Below, one piece after another: positions 22,020 to 32,759 of a stretch of DNA of 64,000 nucleotides. Source of the stretch: Chloroflexota bacterium. Lineage in GTDB: Bacteria; Chloroflexota; Dehalococcoidia; Lucifugimonadales; JADFKI01. The notes beneath the pieces are model-generated. The model ran no database searches. It was not told the DNA's origin and saw only the letters and a list, made by a program, of their open reading frames with translations. The DNA is taken from the NCBI GenBank assembly GCA_027623195.1, contig JAQBUT010000011.1, positions 1 through 64,000 on the forward strand, in the 5' to 3' direction. Position 1 is the stretch's first letter; every line of letters begins with the position of its first letter. The translations under genes were made by a program, and so were the position numbers.

Positions 22020-22725
22020 GATCGGTGCCGACGAAGTCTCACTAGGTGACACGCTTACGACAGTATACGATGTGCTGTTAAATCGTTATGGCCCGCAGCA
22101 CTGGTGGCCGGGAGATTCGCCTTTCGAAATGATGGTGGGAGCAGTCCTGACGCAGGCAGCCTCCTGGACCAACGTAGAGAAGGCTATAGCCAATTTGAAG
22201 GAAGCGGACGCGCTGTCGCCAAGGGCTATACGTGAGCTAGAACAGGACGACCTGGCGCGGCTTGTCTACCCCAGCGGCTACTACAACGCCAAGGCCCGTA
22301 AGCTGAAGGCGCTGGCCGAGTTCATCGGCAGCAAATTCGCCGACGATATCACTTCTATGGCGTCTGTGGACACTGGGGTATTGAGGGCACAGCTTCTAGG
22401 CGTACACGGCATTGGCGAGGAGACCGCAGACGACATCCTGCTCTACCCGTTAGATAAGCCAGCGTTCGTTATCGACGAATACGCCAGGAGACTGCTGTTT
22501 AGGCTGGGCATCGCCCCTGAGGTGGGACCTTATAAGTTGTATCGCTCGACGTTCACCGACAACTTGCCGGAAGATACAAAAATGTTCGCGGAGTATCACG
22601 CGCTTATCGTTCGACATGGTAGGGAGAATTGCCAGAAGAGTCCAGTGTGTGGCGGTTGCTGCCTTCTGGAAATCTGCCCAACGGGACAGTCAACGGAAGT
22701 CGTTTTGCACGGTATTGACGATTAG
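22012..22725 (+). CDS. Endonuclease III-related HhH-GPD glycosylase with Fe-S motif
   Basis: GPQHWWP, GAVLTQ, LLGVHGIGEETAD, C-x6-C-x2-C-x5-C. Confidence 0.88.
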   Translation: MDEIGADEVSLGDTLTTVYDVLLNRYGPQHWWPGDSPFEMMVGAVLTQAASWTNVEKAIANLKEADALSPRAIRELEQDDLARLVYPSGYYNAKARKLKALAEFIGSKFADDITSMASVDTGVLRAQLLGVHGIGEETADDILLYPLDKPAFVIDEYARRLLFRLGIAPEVGPYKLYRSTFTDNLPEDTKMFAEYHALIVRHGRENCQKSPVCGGCCLLEICPTGQSTEVVLHGIDD

Positions 22726-22743
22726 CCGAATGAGGGCGACCAG

Positions 22744-23835
22744 CTACCTTGGCGCGTCCAACACGACCACGCTGTTGGTTTTGATAATGAGGTAGATGTC
22801 TTCGCCGACTTTCAGACCGAGGTCGGTGAGTGACGCCTGGGTAATCTCCACGATAACCTGGGTGCCTATGTCGGCGTAAATCAGCACCCTGGAACCCAAC
22901 ACGTGTATTTCGCGGACTGTGGACTTAACTATATTACGGGCGCTCATTCGCGGCGGAATCTCGTCGGCCAAAATGACGTCGCCCGCCCTGATGGACACCA
23001 TTACCTTTTCCCCGGGGCCCCGTTTAGTCTCGGGCGCAAACAGCGTCGCGTCGCCGATTTTTAGTTCGGCCAGACCGTCGCTCCCCTGCACTACCATGAC
23101 CTCCGCTTCCAGGAGATTCTCAAGGGTAGCGTAATCGGCGATCTCGGCCAGGCCGGGGTGGACCAGGGAATTTGAAACGTTGCCGTAAGTCACGGGCCTT
23201 CCCTGCTTCAGCACCAGCATTTGATCGGCCAACGCCATCACCTCTGATACTGAGTGGGAGACGTAAATTATCGGCGTGTCTAACTCTCGGCGTATGCGGT
23301 TCAGGTACTCGATAATCACTCCGCGAAAGCCACCGTCCAGTGACGCCAACGGCTCGTCCAGAAGCAGAAGGTCTGGAGATGTGGCCAAAGCCCTGGCCAG
23401 CGCCACTCTTTGTCTCTCTCCACCGGATAGGTTGTCTACCCTTCGGTTCATCAGGCCGGACAATTGCAAAAGGTCGGCCACCTTTTCCGGTCCGATTTTT
23501 CGCAGAGGCTCGGGAGTCAGGTTGAATCCGTACATGAGGTTGCCTTTGACATCCATATGTGGGAACAGTGCAGAGTCCTGAAAGACGTATCCGAATCGGC
23601 GCTTTTCCGGAGGCAAATGCTCTCCACTTTCGGACGAAAAAAGACGCTTTCCCTTGAAGTCGATATAACCCTGGTCCGGGTGGATCATACCGGCGATGCA
23701 GTTCAGGAGCGTCGATTTGCCGCTGCCGGAGGCTCCGAAAATAGCTGTTACTCCAGACTCGAATGACGCCTGGCAGTCCAAAGTAAAATTCGAATATTCC
23801 TTGATGACGTGGAAATCTACAATTGGACTCGTCAT
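22744..23835 (-). CDS. modC: Molybdate ABC transporter ATP-binding protein
   Basis: GASGSGKS, LSGGERQR, LLLDEP, C-terminal TOBE. Confidence 0.93.
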   Translation of the reverse strand: MTSPIVDFHVIKEYSNFTLDCQASFESGVTAIFGASGSGKSTLLNCIAGMIHPDQGYIDFKGKRLFSSESGEHLPPEKRRFGYVFQDSALFPHMDVKGNLMYGFNLTPEPLRKIGPEKVADLLQLSGLMNRRVDNLSGGERQRVALARALATSPDLLLLDEPLASLDGGFRGVIIEYLNRIRRELDTPIIYVSHSVSEVMALADQMLVLKQGRPVTYGNVSNSLVHPGLAEIADYATLENLLEAEVMVVQGSDGLAELKIGDATLFAPETKRGPGEKVMVSIRAGDVILADEIPPRMSARNIVKSTVREIHVLGSRVLIYADIGTQVIVEITQASLTDLGLKVGEDIYLIIKTNSVVVLDAPR

Positions 23836-23847
23836 AACTGGTATTCC

Positions 23848-24525
23848 CTACCTCGCCTCCGTGTTACCTTGCGAGCGTTCCAAGAGCCAGTTGTGAAGAG
23901 CCAGCGTTAACGCCGCCAGGCCGACGGATACGGCTACCAGACGCAAAGCCATGTCGTCGTCTCCTAGCTGCACCCTGGAGAATATTGCCAGCGGTAGCGT
24001 CTGCGTACGTCCCGGGATGTTCCCTGCCACAACGATGGTGGCTCCGAACTCGCTCATCGCCCTAACGAAACCCAGGAGAATACCTGCCAGGATTCCTCGG
24101 TATGCCAGAGGGACGGTGATGGTGAAAAGGACGCGCCACGGCCCTGCGCCCAGGCTTCTGGCAGAGCGCTCCAAAACCGGGTCTACGCCTCTCATTGACA
24201 CCATGATCGTGCGCGCCATCAAGGGGAAGGACACTATGGCGGCGGCAATGGCAGCAGCAACCCAGGTGAAGGTCACGTCTGCCCCGAAAACATTCTGAAT
24301 TATGCCGCCCAATGGGCCATTCCTGCCGAGAAGCATAAGTAGTAGATATCCCACCACTACCGGGGGCACCGCGAGGGGTAGGGACATAAAAATGTCCAGG
24401 ACGAAGCTCCCGGGCACTCGCTTTTTGATTATTAGCCAGCTCAGGCCCACCGCGAAAGGCACGTCGATGATTGTGGCTACCAGAGCTATCTGCAGAGTCA
24501 GCCCTATTACAGGCAGGATTTCCAT
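23848..24525 (-). CDS. modB: Molybdate ABC transporter permease
   Basis: LPLAVPPVVVG, EFGAT..VAGNIPGRTQTLPLAI. Confidence 0.94.
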   Translation of the reverse strand: MEILPVIGLTLQIALVATIIDVPFAVGLSWLIIKKRVPGSFVLDIFMSLPLAVPPVVVGYLLLMLLGRNGPLGGIIQNVFGADVTFTWVAAAIAAAIVSFPLMARTIMVSMRGVDPVLERSARSLGAGPWRVLFTITVPLAYRGILAGILLGFVRAMSEFGATIVVAGNIPGRTQTLPLAIFSRVQLGDDDMALRLVAVSVGLAALTLALHNWLLERSQGNTEAR

Positions 24526-24565
24526 TAGAAGCCGATGGCCTCCCCGTTATTACTTTCGAACATGA

Positions 24566-25354
24566 TTACTTCCCACCTTCGAGAATGCTAAAGCCATGGT
24601 TTACCAAGATTCGCAATGCCTCTTCGCCATTTAAAAAATCGAAGAATTCCGTCGCTGCTGCCGGATTATCACCACCGCTCAACAGGACCGCAGGGTAGGC
24701 TATTTTGGAGTAGGAATCGATTGGCACCACGTCAATAACTTCGAGACCGCCTGCAATCGCGGCGTCCGTCTGGTATACAAACGCAACATCAGCATTGCCG
24801 GACTCCACGTACGCCATGGTGGCCCTTACGTCGGCACCAAACGCCATCTTACTCTGTAGCTCATCCCACAGCCCCAGGTTGACGAGGGATTCCTTGGCGT
24901 AACCGCCAGCAGGCGCAAGGTCCGGGGCTGCCATAGCTACTCGACCGACCTTGTCGGAGGTGAGGTCTAGCAGGTCATTCAAGTTCGGGCCGTTTTTCTC
25001 AGTCACCAGCACCAGCCTGTTGGACAACAGGTCCGTTTTGTTCAGCATTCCAACCTCCCGCTCTTCCAGGAAGTCCACTGGAAACCGACCTGCCGAGATG
25101 AAAATATCCGCAGGCGCGCCCGTGGCAATCTGTTGCGCCAGCGTTTGAGACCCACCGTAGCTAACCAGCACTTGAACTGTGTTTCTGGCCTCGTAAGCCG
25201 CGATTGCCTCATCCAAGGCGTTCGTGAGGCTGGTTGCTGCGAAGATCAGGATCTCGCTGTTGCCGGAGTTTGCAGAGCCGCACGATGTTCCGGCCAACAG
25301 GCCCAAAAACAGGAGGACTGTCCCTACGGTGTGTCTAACCTGCAGGATTGACAT
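24566..25354 (-). CDS. modA: Molybdate ABC transporter substrate-binding lipoprotein
   Basis: Lipobox-like LAGTSC, FAATSL, GGSQTLAQQI..GAPADIFISA, PAGGYA, VYQTDA. Confidence 0.93.
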   Translation of the reverse strand: MSILQVRHTVGTVLLFLGLLAGTSCGSANSGNSEILIFAATSLTNALDEAIAAYEARNTVQVLVSYGGSQTLAQQIATGAPADIFISAGRFPVDFLEEREVGMLNKTDLLSNRLVLVTEKNGPNLNDLLDLTSDKVGRVAMAAPDLAPAGGYAKESLVNLGLWDELQSKMAFGADVRATMAYVESGNADVAFVYQTDAAIAGGLEVIDVVPIDSYSKIAYPAVLLSGGDNPAAATEFFDFLNGEEALRILVNHGFSILEGGK

Positions 25355-25528
25355 CAACTCACATATTTCCGAAAAAATTCCCTGGCCTTTAAAGTCTCAA
25401 GTGCCTTGGACATGGAATTAGAAGCGTAGGCGGGTAAGCTATTATAAGTCGGCCCGCAAAATAAATCCCGTAGAGGTAACCATGACGCCGAAAACGGGTA
25501 TGGGGACGTATTTTTTAGCCCACTCAGC

Positions 25529-25558
25529 TTGAATAGACAAGGGTTGAAATGCTATAAT
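25529..25558 (+). promoter_or_regulatory. Promoter of the nusA operon
   Basis: TTGAAT-18 nt-TATAAT with extended TG. Confidence 0.65.
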
Positions 25559-25583
25559 CTGATAGGAATTGGCTCTTTTTATA

Positions 25584-25611
25584 AAAGTGGGGTGTCCCCA
25601 CTTTATTTTTT
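25584..25611 (+). promoter_or_regulatory. rimP-leader-like terminator hairpin in the nusA 5' UTR
   Basis: AAAGTGGGG-TGT-CCCCACTTT followed by a T-rich tract, between the promoter and nusA. Confidence 0.7.
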
Positions 25612-25656
25612 AGGAGGAGCTTTAGTTACAATTGTTATAAGGAGGTGGCTGAAGTT

Positions 25657-27240
25657 ATGAAAAGCGATTTCATAGTCGCGCTAACTCAGTTGGCAGCTGA
25701 ACGCGGGCTTCCTAGAGAAATTGTGCTATCAGCCATCGAGGCTGCGCTGGTGTCTGCCTATCGCAAGGACAGCATAACGGCGGGCCAGAATGTATCTGTG
25801 AAACTAGACCCTGGCAGTGGTGACGTCACCGTCTACATACTGAAGACGGTTGTAGAGGAAGTTACAGACCACCAGATAGAGATCACCCTGGCGGACGCCC
25901 AGAAGATCGATCCCACCGCTGAGATGGGGGGCACTGTAGTCACAGAGAGCATGCCCCACACGCCGGGACGTATCGCAGCCCAGACGGCCAAGCAGGTCGT
26001 TATGCAGAGGCTACGGGAAGCCGAGCGTGAAATCGTATTCATGGAGTACGAGGATAAGGAAGGCGAGGTCTTCTCGGTGAACATCCAACGGGTGGAGCCG
26101 AAGCAGGTCATCGTCGATCTTGGACGAGCGGAAGCTGTTCTACCGATTAGTGAGCAGGTGGCTGCTGAAAGGTATCGTAGCGGAAGTAAGATGAAGGTTT
26201 TGCTGAAGACCGTGGAGCGATCTGGCAAGGGGCCAGAGCTAATCGTCTCCCGGGCGGACACGCAACTCCTGCGGCGGCTGTTCGAAATGGAAGTGCCGGA
26301 GGTATTCAGTGGCGCTGTGGAGATTGACTCCATTGCCCGCGAACCCGGTTCTCGCAGCAAGGTGGCCGTAAGAGCTACGCAAGATGGAGTAGACCCCGTA
26401 GGTTCATGTGTGGGGCTCCGAGGCGTGCGCATTCAAAATATCGTTAACGAACTTCACGGTGAAAAGATCGACGTGGTTGAGTGGAACAAGGAAGCAGCCA
26501 TTTTCCTTGCTAATGCTCTTAGCCCCGCGCAGGTCATGAAGGTGGAGTTGAATATTGATGACCAGACCGCCAAAGCGATTGTCCCTGAACGTCAGTTGTC
26601 CCTGGCTATAGGCAAGGAGGGCCAGAACGTTCGTCTGGCTGCACGTCTAACCGGTTGGAAGATCGACATCAAGGGCAACGTCGAATACGAGGCAGAGCTT
26701 GCAGAGCGTGCGGTGAATGAGGCCGAGGCTATTGCCACCGGTGCCGTCGCCGTTGAGGAGCCACCGGTAGTAGAAGAGGTTGAGGCGGTAGCTGAAGAGG
26801 CCGTCGCGACTGAGGCAGTGGAAGCAGAACCGGCAGTCGCCAAGGTCGAAGAGGCGGTTGCTGAGGAAGCCAAGGCTGAAGTTGAAGTCGTTCCTGTTGC
26901 CGAAGAGGCGCCTGTCGTAGAACAGCCCGTGGTTGTGGCTGAGGTAAAATCCGAGCCTAAGCCCGCCCCTGTGCGCCAACCTGTGGCGCCTGCCGAGCGC
27001 TCCGCTTCGTTGCGTGATGTACCGGAGGCTATCTGGTCTGTTAGGCGCGCCCGTCGATCTTCACCTGATGCCAATGAGCCCGGCCAGATTAGGTTCGCGG
27101 AAGATATCGCGGGACTTCGAGGAGGGGTTACGGCTTCCAGAAGAGGCAGGCGTCGCGATGATCCTGATGCCGTTCCCGCTGCGACCGCACAGCCTGAGGC
27201 GCCCAAGCGCAAGACCAAGGCTGGAAAGAAGCGCCGCTAG
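25657..27240 (+). CDS. nusA: Transcription termination/antitermination factor NusA
   Basis: GRIAAQTAKQV, S1 and KH domains, AREPGSRSKVAV, LSLAIGKEGQNVRLA; long acidic tail. Confidence 0.97.
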   Translation: MKSDFIVALTQLAAERGLPREIVLSAIEAALVSAYRKDSITAGQNVSVKLDPGSGDVTVYILKTVVEEVTDHQIEITLADAQKIDPTAEMGGTVVTESMPHTPGRIAAQTAKQVVMQRLREAEREIVFMEYEDKEGEVFSVNIQRVEPKQVIVDLGRAEAVLPISEQVAAERYRSGSKMKVLLKTVERSGKGPELIVSRADTQLLRRLFEMEVPEVFSGAVEIDSIAREPGSRSKVAVRATQDGVDPVGSCVGLRGVRIQNIVNELHGEKIDVVEWNKEAAIFLANALSPAQVMKVELNIDDQTAKAIVPERQLSLAIGKEGQNVRLAARLTGWKIDIKGNVEYEAELAERAVNEAEAIATGAVAVEEPPVVEEVEAVAEEAVATEAVEAEPAVAKVEEAVAEEAKAEVEVVPVAEEAPVVEQPVVVAEVKSEPKPAPVRQPVAPAERSASLRDVPEAIWSVRRARRSSPDANEPGQIRFAEDIAGLRGGVTASRRGRRRDDPDAVPAATAQPEAPKRKTKAGKKRR

Positions 27241-27244
27241 GAAG

Positions 27245-27532
27245 ATGGTGGCACGCACTCGGCACGAACCTCAAAGGACGTGCGTGATTTGTAGCCGAAA
27301 AACTTCTAAAAATGAGCTTACTCGACTGTGTGCTAACCCTGATGGTTCGGTAACAGTCGACACAACGGGGAAGGCTCCGGGTAGAGGGGCCTACATTTGT
27401 ACCGGAGGGGGATGCTACAAGAAAGGGCTTAACAGAGGACGCTTGGAGTATGTGCTGCGAACTAAAATGGATCAGGATAATTGGGAGCGGATATTGTCGG
27501 AAATGTCCGCTCCCAATGATTTAATGCCCTAA
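27245..27532 (+). CDS. ylxR: YlxR (DUF448) family protein
   Basis: PQRTCVIC, GKAPGRGAYIC; true start ATG 27245. Confidence 0.9.
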   Translation: MVARTRHEPQRTCVICSRKTSKNELTRLCANPDGSVTVDTTGKAPGRGAYICTGGGCYKKGLNRGRLEYVLRTKMDQDNWERILSEMSAPNDLMP

Positions 27533-27594
27533 AAATGCTAAAATAAGAACTGCTATATTAGCAGTATTAAAAATAACCAACATAACGGGGGAAT

Positions 27595-29403
27595 ATGACT
27601 AACAGGATCGATAACGGAACCCAGCAGGTCAGCGACAACGGTGCGGAAGAAGAAATTTACGATATTGAACCTTTAGAGGTGCCGGCTGCGATATCAGTTC
27701 ACGACCTTGCTGATCTGATGATGACCACGCCTGTCGAAGTTATCAAGGAATTCATGCGCACCGGCCACATGTACTCCATTAATGATGTGGTGCAGCATGA
27801 TGTCGTCAGCGTTATTGCCCCCGCCTTCGGATTCGAAGTGCTGTCTCAGGAAGCGGCGACTAGACCCGGATCCATCGTTCTTTCCATGGACGAGGAAGAC
27901 CCTAGCCAATTGGTTGCGCGGCCCCCTGTCGTTACCATCCTGGGGCACGTTGACCACGGAAAGACGACGCTTCTGGACACAATACGAAAGAGCAATGTTG
28001 TATCAGGTGAAGCCGGAGGTATCACTCAGCATATCGGGGCCTACCAGGTGAAGTCTAATGGCCATGTTATTACCTTCCTGGATACCCCAGGCCACGCTGC
28101 ATTCACAGCCATGCGGGCGCGAGGTGCCCAGGTTACGGACATAGCAATTCTGGTGGTGGCTGCGGACGACGGCATTATGCCGCAGACGGAGGAGGCCATT
28201 GACCATGTGAAGGCTGCCGGGGTGCCAATTGTCGTGGCCATCAACAAGGTGGATCGTCCCGACGCAGACACTGAAAGGGTCAAGCGCCAGTTGGCAGAGC
28301 ACGACTTACTCATTGAAGAGTGGGGCGGCAACGTGATCTCAGCCTCGGTTTCTGCCCTAACGGGTGAAGGTGTGCCAGAGTTGCTGGAGAGCATTATCAT
28401 TGTCTCCGAAGTAGAAGAGCTTAAGGCCAACCCACATGCATTAGCCAAAGGTGTTGTCGTCGAGGCAAGGCGAGACAAGAGCCGTGGTACGGAGACCACC
28501 ATGCTCGTGCAGAACGGCACTCTTAAGGTTGGAGACAATCTTGTAATCGGGACATTGCGAGGCCGAATACGGGCCATGTTTACCGATCGCGGCGAGGCGA
28601 TTGAATCTGCCGGGCCTTCCCAGCCGGTGGTGATACTCGGTATGACTGGCCTTCCTGAAGCCGGACATATATTCCAGGTGGTCGCAGACGAAAGAGAAGC
28701 TCGTCAAGTCGTGGAAAGCCGGCAAAGACAAGCCGATATGCAGAAGTCCTCAGGGCCGACCCTGGAAGACGTGCACACTCGTATCGAGTCGGGTGAGATA
28801 AAGGGTCTAAACCTGATAGTAAAGACGGACGTTCAGGGTAGCGTTGAGGCCATCAAGGGCGCGCTGAACAATCTGAACACCGACAGGACCAGGGTTAACC
28901 TGGTGCATGCGGCCAGCGGTTCCATTACCGAGAGTGACATACTTTTGGCAGTGGCGTCTCAGGCTATCGTAATAGGATTCAATAGCACTCCCGAGCAGGC
29001 AGCTCAGGCCTTCGCAAACCAGGAAGGCGTGGAGATTCGGCATTACAGTATCATCTACAATCTGCTGGACGATGTTGAATTGGCGCTGACTGGTCTCTTG
29101 GAGCCGGTCTACCAGGACGTGGTTGAGGGACGAGCAACGGTTAGAGCCATATTCAAGGTCGGCAGAAGGCAAGAAGTTGCAGGGTTCTACGTGAACGAAG
29201 GGCGCTTTGCTCGTGACTCCAAGGTGCATGTGTTACGCGGGAGAGAGCAACTTTACGTTGGAACACTGACCAGCCTGAAGCACTTCAAGGACGATGTCCG
29301 AGAAGTTGCCACGGGATTAGAGGGCGGCCTGATGGTCGATGGCTTCAACAGCTTTGAAGAGGGTGACACGCTGGAAGCACACCGTTCCGTGAGAGTGAGT
29401 TAG
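27595..29403 (+). CDS. infB: Translation initiation factor IF-2
   Basis: [41 protein letters not shown]. Confidence 0.98.
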   Translation: MTNRIDNGTQQVSDNGAEEEIYDIEPLEVPAAISVHDLADLMMTTPVEVIKEFMRTGHMYSINDVVQHDVVSVIAPAFGFEVLSQEAATRPGSIVLSMDEEDPSQLVARPPVVTILGHVDHGKTTLLDTIRKSNVVSGEAGGITQHIGAYQVKSNGHVITFLDTPGHAAFTAMRARGAQVTDIAILVVAADDGIMPQTEEAIDHVKAAGVPIVVAINKVDRPDADTERVKRQLAEHDLLIEEWGGNVISASVSALTGEGVPELLESIIIVSEVEELKANPHALAKGVVVEARRDKSRGTETTMLVQNGTLKVGDNLVIGTLRGRIRAMFTDRGEAIESAGPSQPVVILGMTGLPEAGHIFQVVADEREARQVVESRQRQADMQKSSGPTLEDVHTRIESGEIKGLNLIVKTDVQGSVEAIKGALNNLNTDRTRVNLVHAASGSITESDILLAVASQAIVIGFNSTPEQAAQAFANQEGVEIRHYSIIYNLLDDVELALTGLLEPVYQDVVEGRATVRAIFKVGRRQEVAGFYVNEGRFARDSKVHVLRGREQLYVGTLTSLKHFKDDVREVATGLEGGLMVDGFNSFEEGDTLEAHRSVRVS

Positions 29404-29462
29404 CGTCTCGTCTACCCCTACCCCAACCGTCCGGAATAGCTAATTCCAAAGAGGTCGTCCCA

Positions 29463-29858
29463 ATGAGCCGCCGCATGGAACGCGTTAATGTACTTGTGCG
29501 CCAGGAGATCAGCCAGATCATGTTTGCTGACCTCAATGACCCCCGGCTTTCGGGTGTCGTTAGCGTCACTCGCGTGGATACCGCTCCCGACCTGCGTAGC
29601 GCCAAGGTGTACATCAGCGTATACGGTGACGCGGAGGCGAAGAAGCGCAACATGGCGGCGTTAACGTCTGCGGGTGGTTTCATTCACAGAGTGCTGAAAC
29701 GTAACCTCTCTTCTCTCAAGTACATACCAGTCCTCTCCTTCGAATTGGACGAGTCAATTGAAAAAGGCGCCGAGATGATTAAGATGATCAACAAGATCGT
29801 CCCGGACCTGCCTCCGGAAAATGACCCTGACAATCCGCCGGATATTGCGAATGAATAA
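29463..29858 (+). CDS. rbfA: Ribosome-binding factor A
   Basis: RRMERVN, DPRL, DLRSAKVY, P.LSFELDESI. Confidence 0.95.
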   Translation: MSRRMERVNVLVRQEISQIMFADLNDPRLSGVVSVTRVDTAPDLRSAKVYISVYGDAEAKKRNMAALTSAGGFIHRVLKRNLSSLKYIPVLSFELDESIEKGAEMIKMINKIVPDLPPENDPDNPPDIANE

Positions 29859-30795
29859 GCCCAAATACGACGGCATCATTAATGTGGACAAGCCTTACGG
29901 GCTCACGTCCATGGAAGTGGTTCGTCGACTTAAGCGGGCTAGCGGGCAAAAGCGGGTTGGTCACGGGGGTACATTGGATCCCATAGCCACGGGAGTTATC
30001 GCCATATCCTTTGGGCAGGCGACGCGCATGATGGAAGACCTCATCAACGGCTCCAAGGGCTACAAAGCTGCCGTTGAATTGGGAGTCATCACGGACACGT
30101 ACGATGCTCTTGGTGAAGTGGTGGAAACCAGAGACGCCTCGGCTATTACCTATGCAGATATAGAGAAAGCTGTTGCCGGGTTCATTGGTGTTATTGAGCA
30201 GGTCCCGCCCATGTACAGTGCCCTGAAAAAAGACGGCCGCCGCCTGTACGAGCTCGCACGTGAGGGCCTGGAAGTAGAGCGTGAGGCACGCTCAGTCATG
30301 GTGCATGGCATTGACATCGTGGACTGGGATAGCCCTGTGGTCACTATCGAGGTTTTTTGCGGACGGGGCTTCTATATGCGCTCATTGGCATACGACCTTG
30401 GAGACGCGCTGGGCTGTGGCGGTCACATGAAGAGCCTTGTCCGCCTGAAAAATGGACCCTTTTCCTTGGCCAATTCCCTGTCTCTGGAAGAAGCGGAGCA
30501 GAAATTGCAGGATGGCGAATGGCAGGACATATTGCACTCGCCGGATGTGGTGCTTTCATCCATGGACGCCGTAGTAGTAGGAAAGCCTACCGAAGACCTG
30601 ATCCGCAACGGACGCTCGTTGCCTCTTGGCCTTCGGCTGCCTGGAGGGAAGGCGGATGACCGATGTCGCGCCTATTCCGTCGATGGACGATTTCTTGCAA
30701 TACTCATCTTCGATTCGACTTCCGGTCAGTGGCGCCCAGACAAGGTTTTCGCATTGGAGTACGCTCAACCAGAAGGTGTGCCGCAATTCTCTTGA
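29851..30795 (+). CDS. truB: tRNA pseudouridine(55) synthase
   Basis: DKPYGLTS, VGHGGTLDP, QVPPMYSALK; start ATG 29851. Confidence 0.96.
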   Translation: MNKPKYDGIINVDKPYGLTSMEVVRRLKRASGQKRVGHGGTLDPIATGVIAISFGQATRMMEDLINGSKGYKAAVELGVITDTYDALGEVVETRDASAITYADIEKAVAGFIGVIEQVPPMYSALKKDGRRLYELAREGLEVEREARSVMVHGIDIVDWDSPVVTIEVFCGRGFYMRSLAYDLGDALGCGGHMKSLVRLKNGPFSLANSLSLEEAEQKLQDGEWQDILHSPDVVLSSMDAVVVGKPTEDLIRNGRSLPLGLRLPGGKADDRCRAYSVDGRFLAILIFDSTSGQWRPDKVFALEYAQPEGVPQFS

Positions 30796-30841
30796 CCACG
30801 AAGCTCCCAGCGTCCTAAAATGTGTTGCTGAGGTATTTAAT

Positions 30842-31159
30842 ATGGTTACATACGCAATAGTACAAACTGGCGGTAAGCAATACCGCGTTCACACGGGGGA
30901 AACCGTACGTGTGGAGTCTTTGCCAGGCGATGAGGGTGACCTGATCGAATTGGAAGACGTTCGCATGGTTTCAAACGAAGGTGATGTCAAGCTTGGCTCT
31001 CCCTCCATTGCTGGCGCTAAAGTAACGGTTGAAATTGTTGGCAATGGTCGAGGCAAGAAGGTCATCGTTTTCAAGTACAAGGCCAAGACGCGTTATCGTC
31101 GTAAGAACGGCCACCGGCAAAACTACACCGAAATCAAGGTAACTGACATCTCACTGTAG
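30842..31159 (+). CDS. rplU: 50S ribosomal protein L21
   Basis: [13 protein letters not shown]...GHRQNYT; start ATG 30842. Confidence 0.97.
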   Translation: MVTYAIVQTGGKQYRVHTGETVRVESLPGDEGDLIELEDVRMVSNEGDVKLGSPSIAGAKVTVEIVGNGRGKKVIVFKYKAKTRYRRKNGHRQNYTEIKVTDISL

Positions 31160-31185
31160 TAGATGATGTAAAGACGAGGTTTTTC

Positions 31186-31440
31186 ATGGCTCACAAAAAA
31201 GGTGGCGGAAGTACCAAGAACGGTAGAGATAGCAATGCAAAGCGGTTGGGCGTAAAGCGCTACGATACTGAAATAGTAACCGCTGGTTCGATTCTAGTGC
31301 GTCAGCGCGGGACCAAAATTCGCCCAGGTAATAACGTGGGCGTCGGACGGGACCATACGCTGTTTGCGCTGATCGACGGTTCAGTAAAGTTCGAGCATGC
31401 GACGCGCGACCGTAAGAAGGCCAGCGTCTACCCCGTCTAG
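31186..31440 (+). CDS. rpmA: 50S ribosomal protein L27
   Basis: [16 protein letters not shown]. Confidence 0.98.
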   Translation: MAHKKGGGSTKNGRDSNAKRLGVKRYDTEIVTAGSILVRQRGTKIRPGNNVGVGRDHTLFALIDGSVKFEHATRDRKKASVYPV

Positions 31441-31453
31441 AGAGGACAATCCA

Positions 31454-31660
31454 TTGAAAGCAGACATACATCCCGAATATCACGCTGAGGCGTTGGTGAC
31501 CTGCTCATGCGGGTCTACCTACACCACAGGCTCAACTAAGCCCACTCTCCGGGTCGAAATTTGCAATATGTGCCATCCCTTCTTCACGGGAGAGCAGCGA
31601 ATCGTCGACACCGAGGGTCGAGTTGAAAGACTGAGGCGCAGGTTCAACCTGGGGCAGTAA
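31454..31660 (+). CDS. rpmE: 50S ribosomal protein L31 (Zn-binding type)
   Basis: TTG start; [22 protein letters not shown]. Confidence 0.96.
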   Translation: MKADIHPEYHAEALVTCSCGSTYTTGSTKPTLRVEICNMCHPFFTGEQRIVDTEGRVERLRRRFNLGQ

Positions 31661-31685
31661 CAGAAAATTTTATCATAAAAAGTAG

Positions 31686-31717
31686 ACAGGGGTGGGCTAG
31701 CCAACCCCTGTTTTTTT
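31686..31717 (+). terminator. Intrinsic terminator after rpmE
   Basis: ACAGGGGT...ACCCCTGT followed by a T-run. Confidence 0.8.
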
Positions 31718-31832
31718 ATTCCTATTATTGGCTAGAATCATTTCCAGGAATATCTCGTCCATGGGTGCGAGGCCTGATTCGGACGTGCCTGCATCCAAAA
31801 ATTAGTATCCATTAAGGCGTTAGCGATAACTT

Positions 31833-32729
31833 ATGAGTGCTCAACAGGGACACACCTATGGAGGACAGGCCGTCATCGAGGGCGTGATGATTCGCGGTCA
31901 AAAGAATATGGCTGTCGCAGTGCGCCGCCACGATGGGTCCATAGCCGTGCAGTGCCTGCCGCTTAGCGCATTCTTTACCGGTAATCTGCGGCGCATCCCC
32001 CTGGTGCGTGGGATTATCACTCTAGCCGAAACTTTGACGCTTGGTATGCGCGCGTTGAGTTACTCGGCCAACGTCGGCATGGAATCGGAAGGCGAGGAGA
32101 TAGGCAAAGGGTCCATCGCGCTAATGATGGTGCTGTCCTTAACCATTGCCATTGGTCTATTCTTTTTACTGCCATTAGCGGCAAGCTGGTTTTTAGAAGG
32201 CGTCCTCGGTTCCAGTCTCGCTGCCAACGTGGCCGAGGGAGTTATACGGCTGGCTCTCTTTGTCGGGTACATACTGCTCATCGGTCAGATGAACGACATC
32301 AAACGTGTGTTCATGTACCACGGCGCAGAACACATGACCGTGCATGCTCAGGAGCGGGGCGATCCCCTGGAGGTGGAGTATATCCGCAAGTATTCCACGG
32401 CTCATCCACGTTGCGGTACAGCGTTTCTGCTAGTGGTAATGGTGCTTGCCATAGTGGCGTTCATTTTCGTGGGTAGGGAGCCGCTATGGTGGCTTTTCAC
32501 GTCCAGGGTAGTCCTCATACCGGTCATAGCATCGGTAAGCTACGAGGTAATCAGGTGGAGCGGTCGCTACTCTGGGAATTCTCTGGTTGGGCTGATCACC
32601 GGGCCAAGCCTGGCGTTGCAAGCTCTCACCACGAAGGAGCCGGACGACGATCAGATCGAGATAGCAATCGCGGCTATGAACAGCGCTCTTGAGGCCGATA
32701 GAGGGGTTTCACCGACGGCCTCAGAATAA
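31833..32729 (+). CDS. DUF1385 domain membrane protein
   Basis: YGGQAVIEGVM, YHGAEH, HPRCGT, TTKEPDD. Confidence 0.92.
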   Translation: MSAQQGHTYGGQAVIEGVMIRGQKNMAVAVRRHDGSIAVQCLPLSAFFTGNLRRIPLVRGIITLAETLTLGMRALSYSANVGMESEGEEIGKGSIALMMVLSLTIAIGLFFLLPLAASWFLEGVLGSSLAANVAEGVIRLALFVGYILLIGQMNDIKRVFMYHGAEHMTVHAQERGDPLEVEYIRKYSTAHPRCGTAFLLVVMVLAIVAFIFVGREPLWWLFTSRVVLIPVIASVSYEVIRWSGRYSGNSLVGLITGPSLALQALTTKEPDDDQIEIAIAAMNSALEADRGVSPTASE

Positions 32730-32759
32730 GGCTGGAGGCCGGCAGTCCTGCCTAACAGG

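Noticed and set aside
25358..25520. Moco riboswitch or ModE box upstream of modA
   Set aside because: No recognisable consensus
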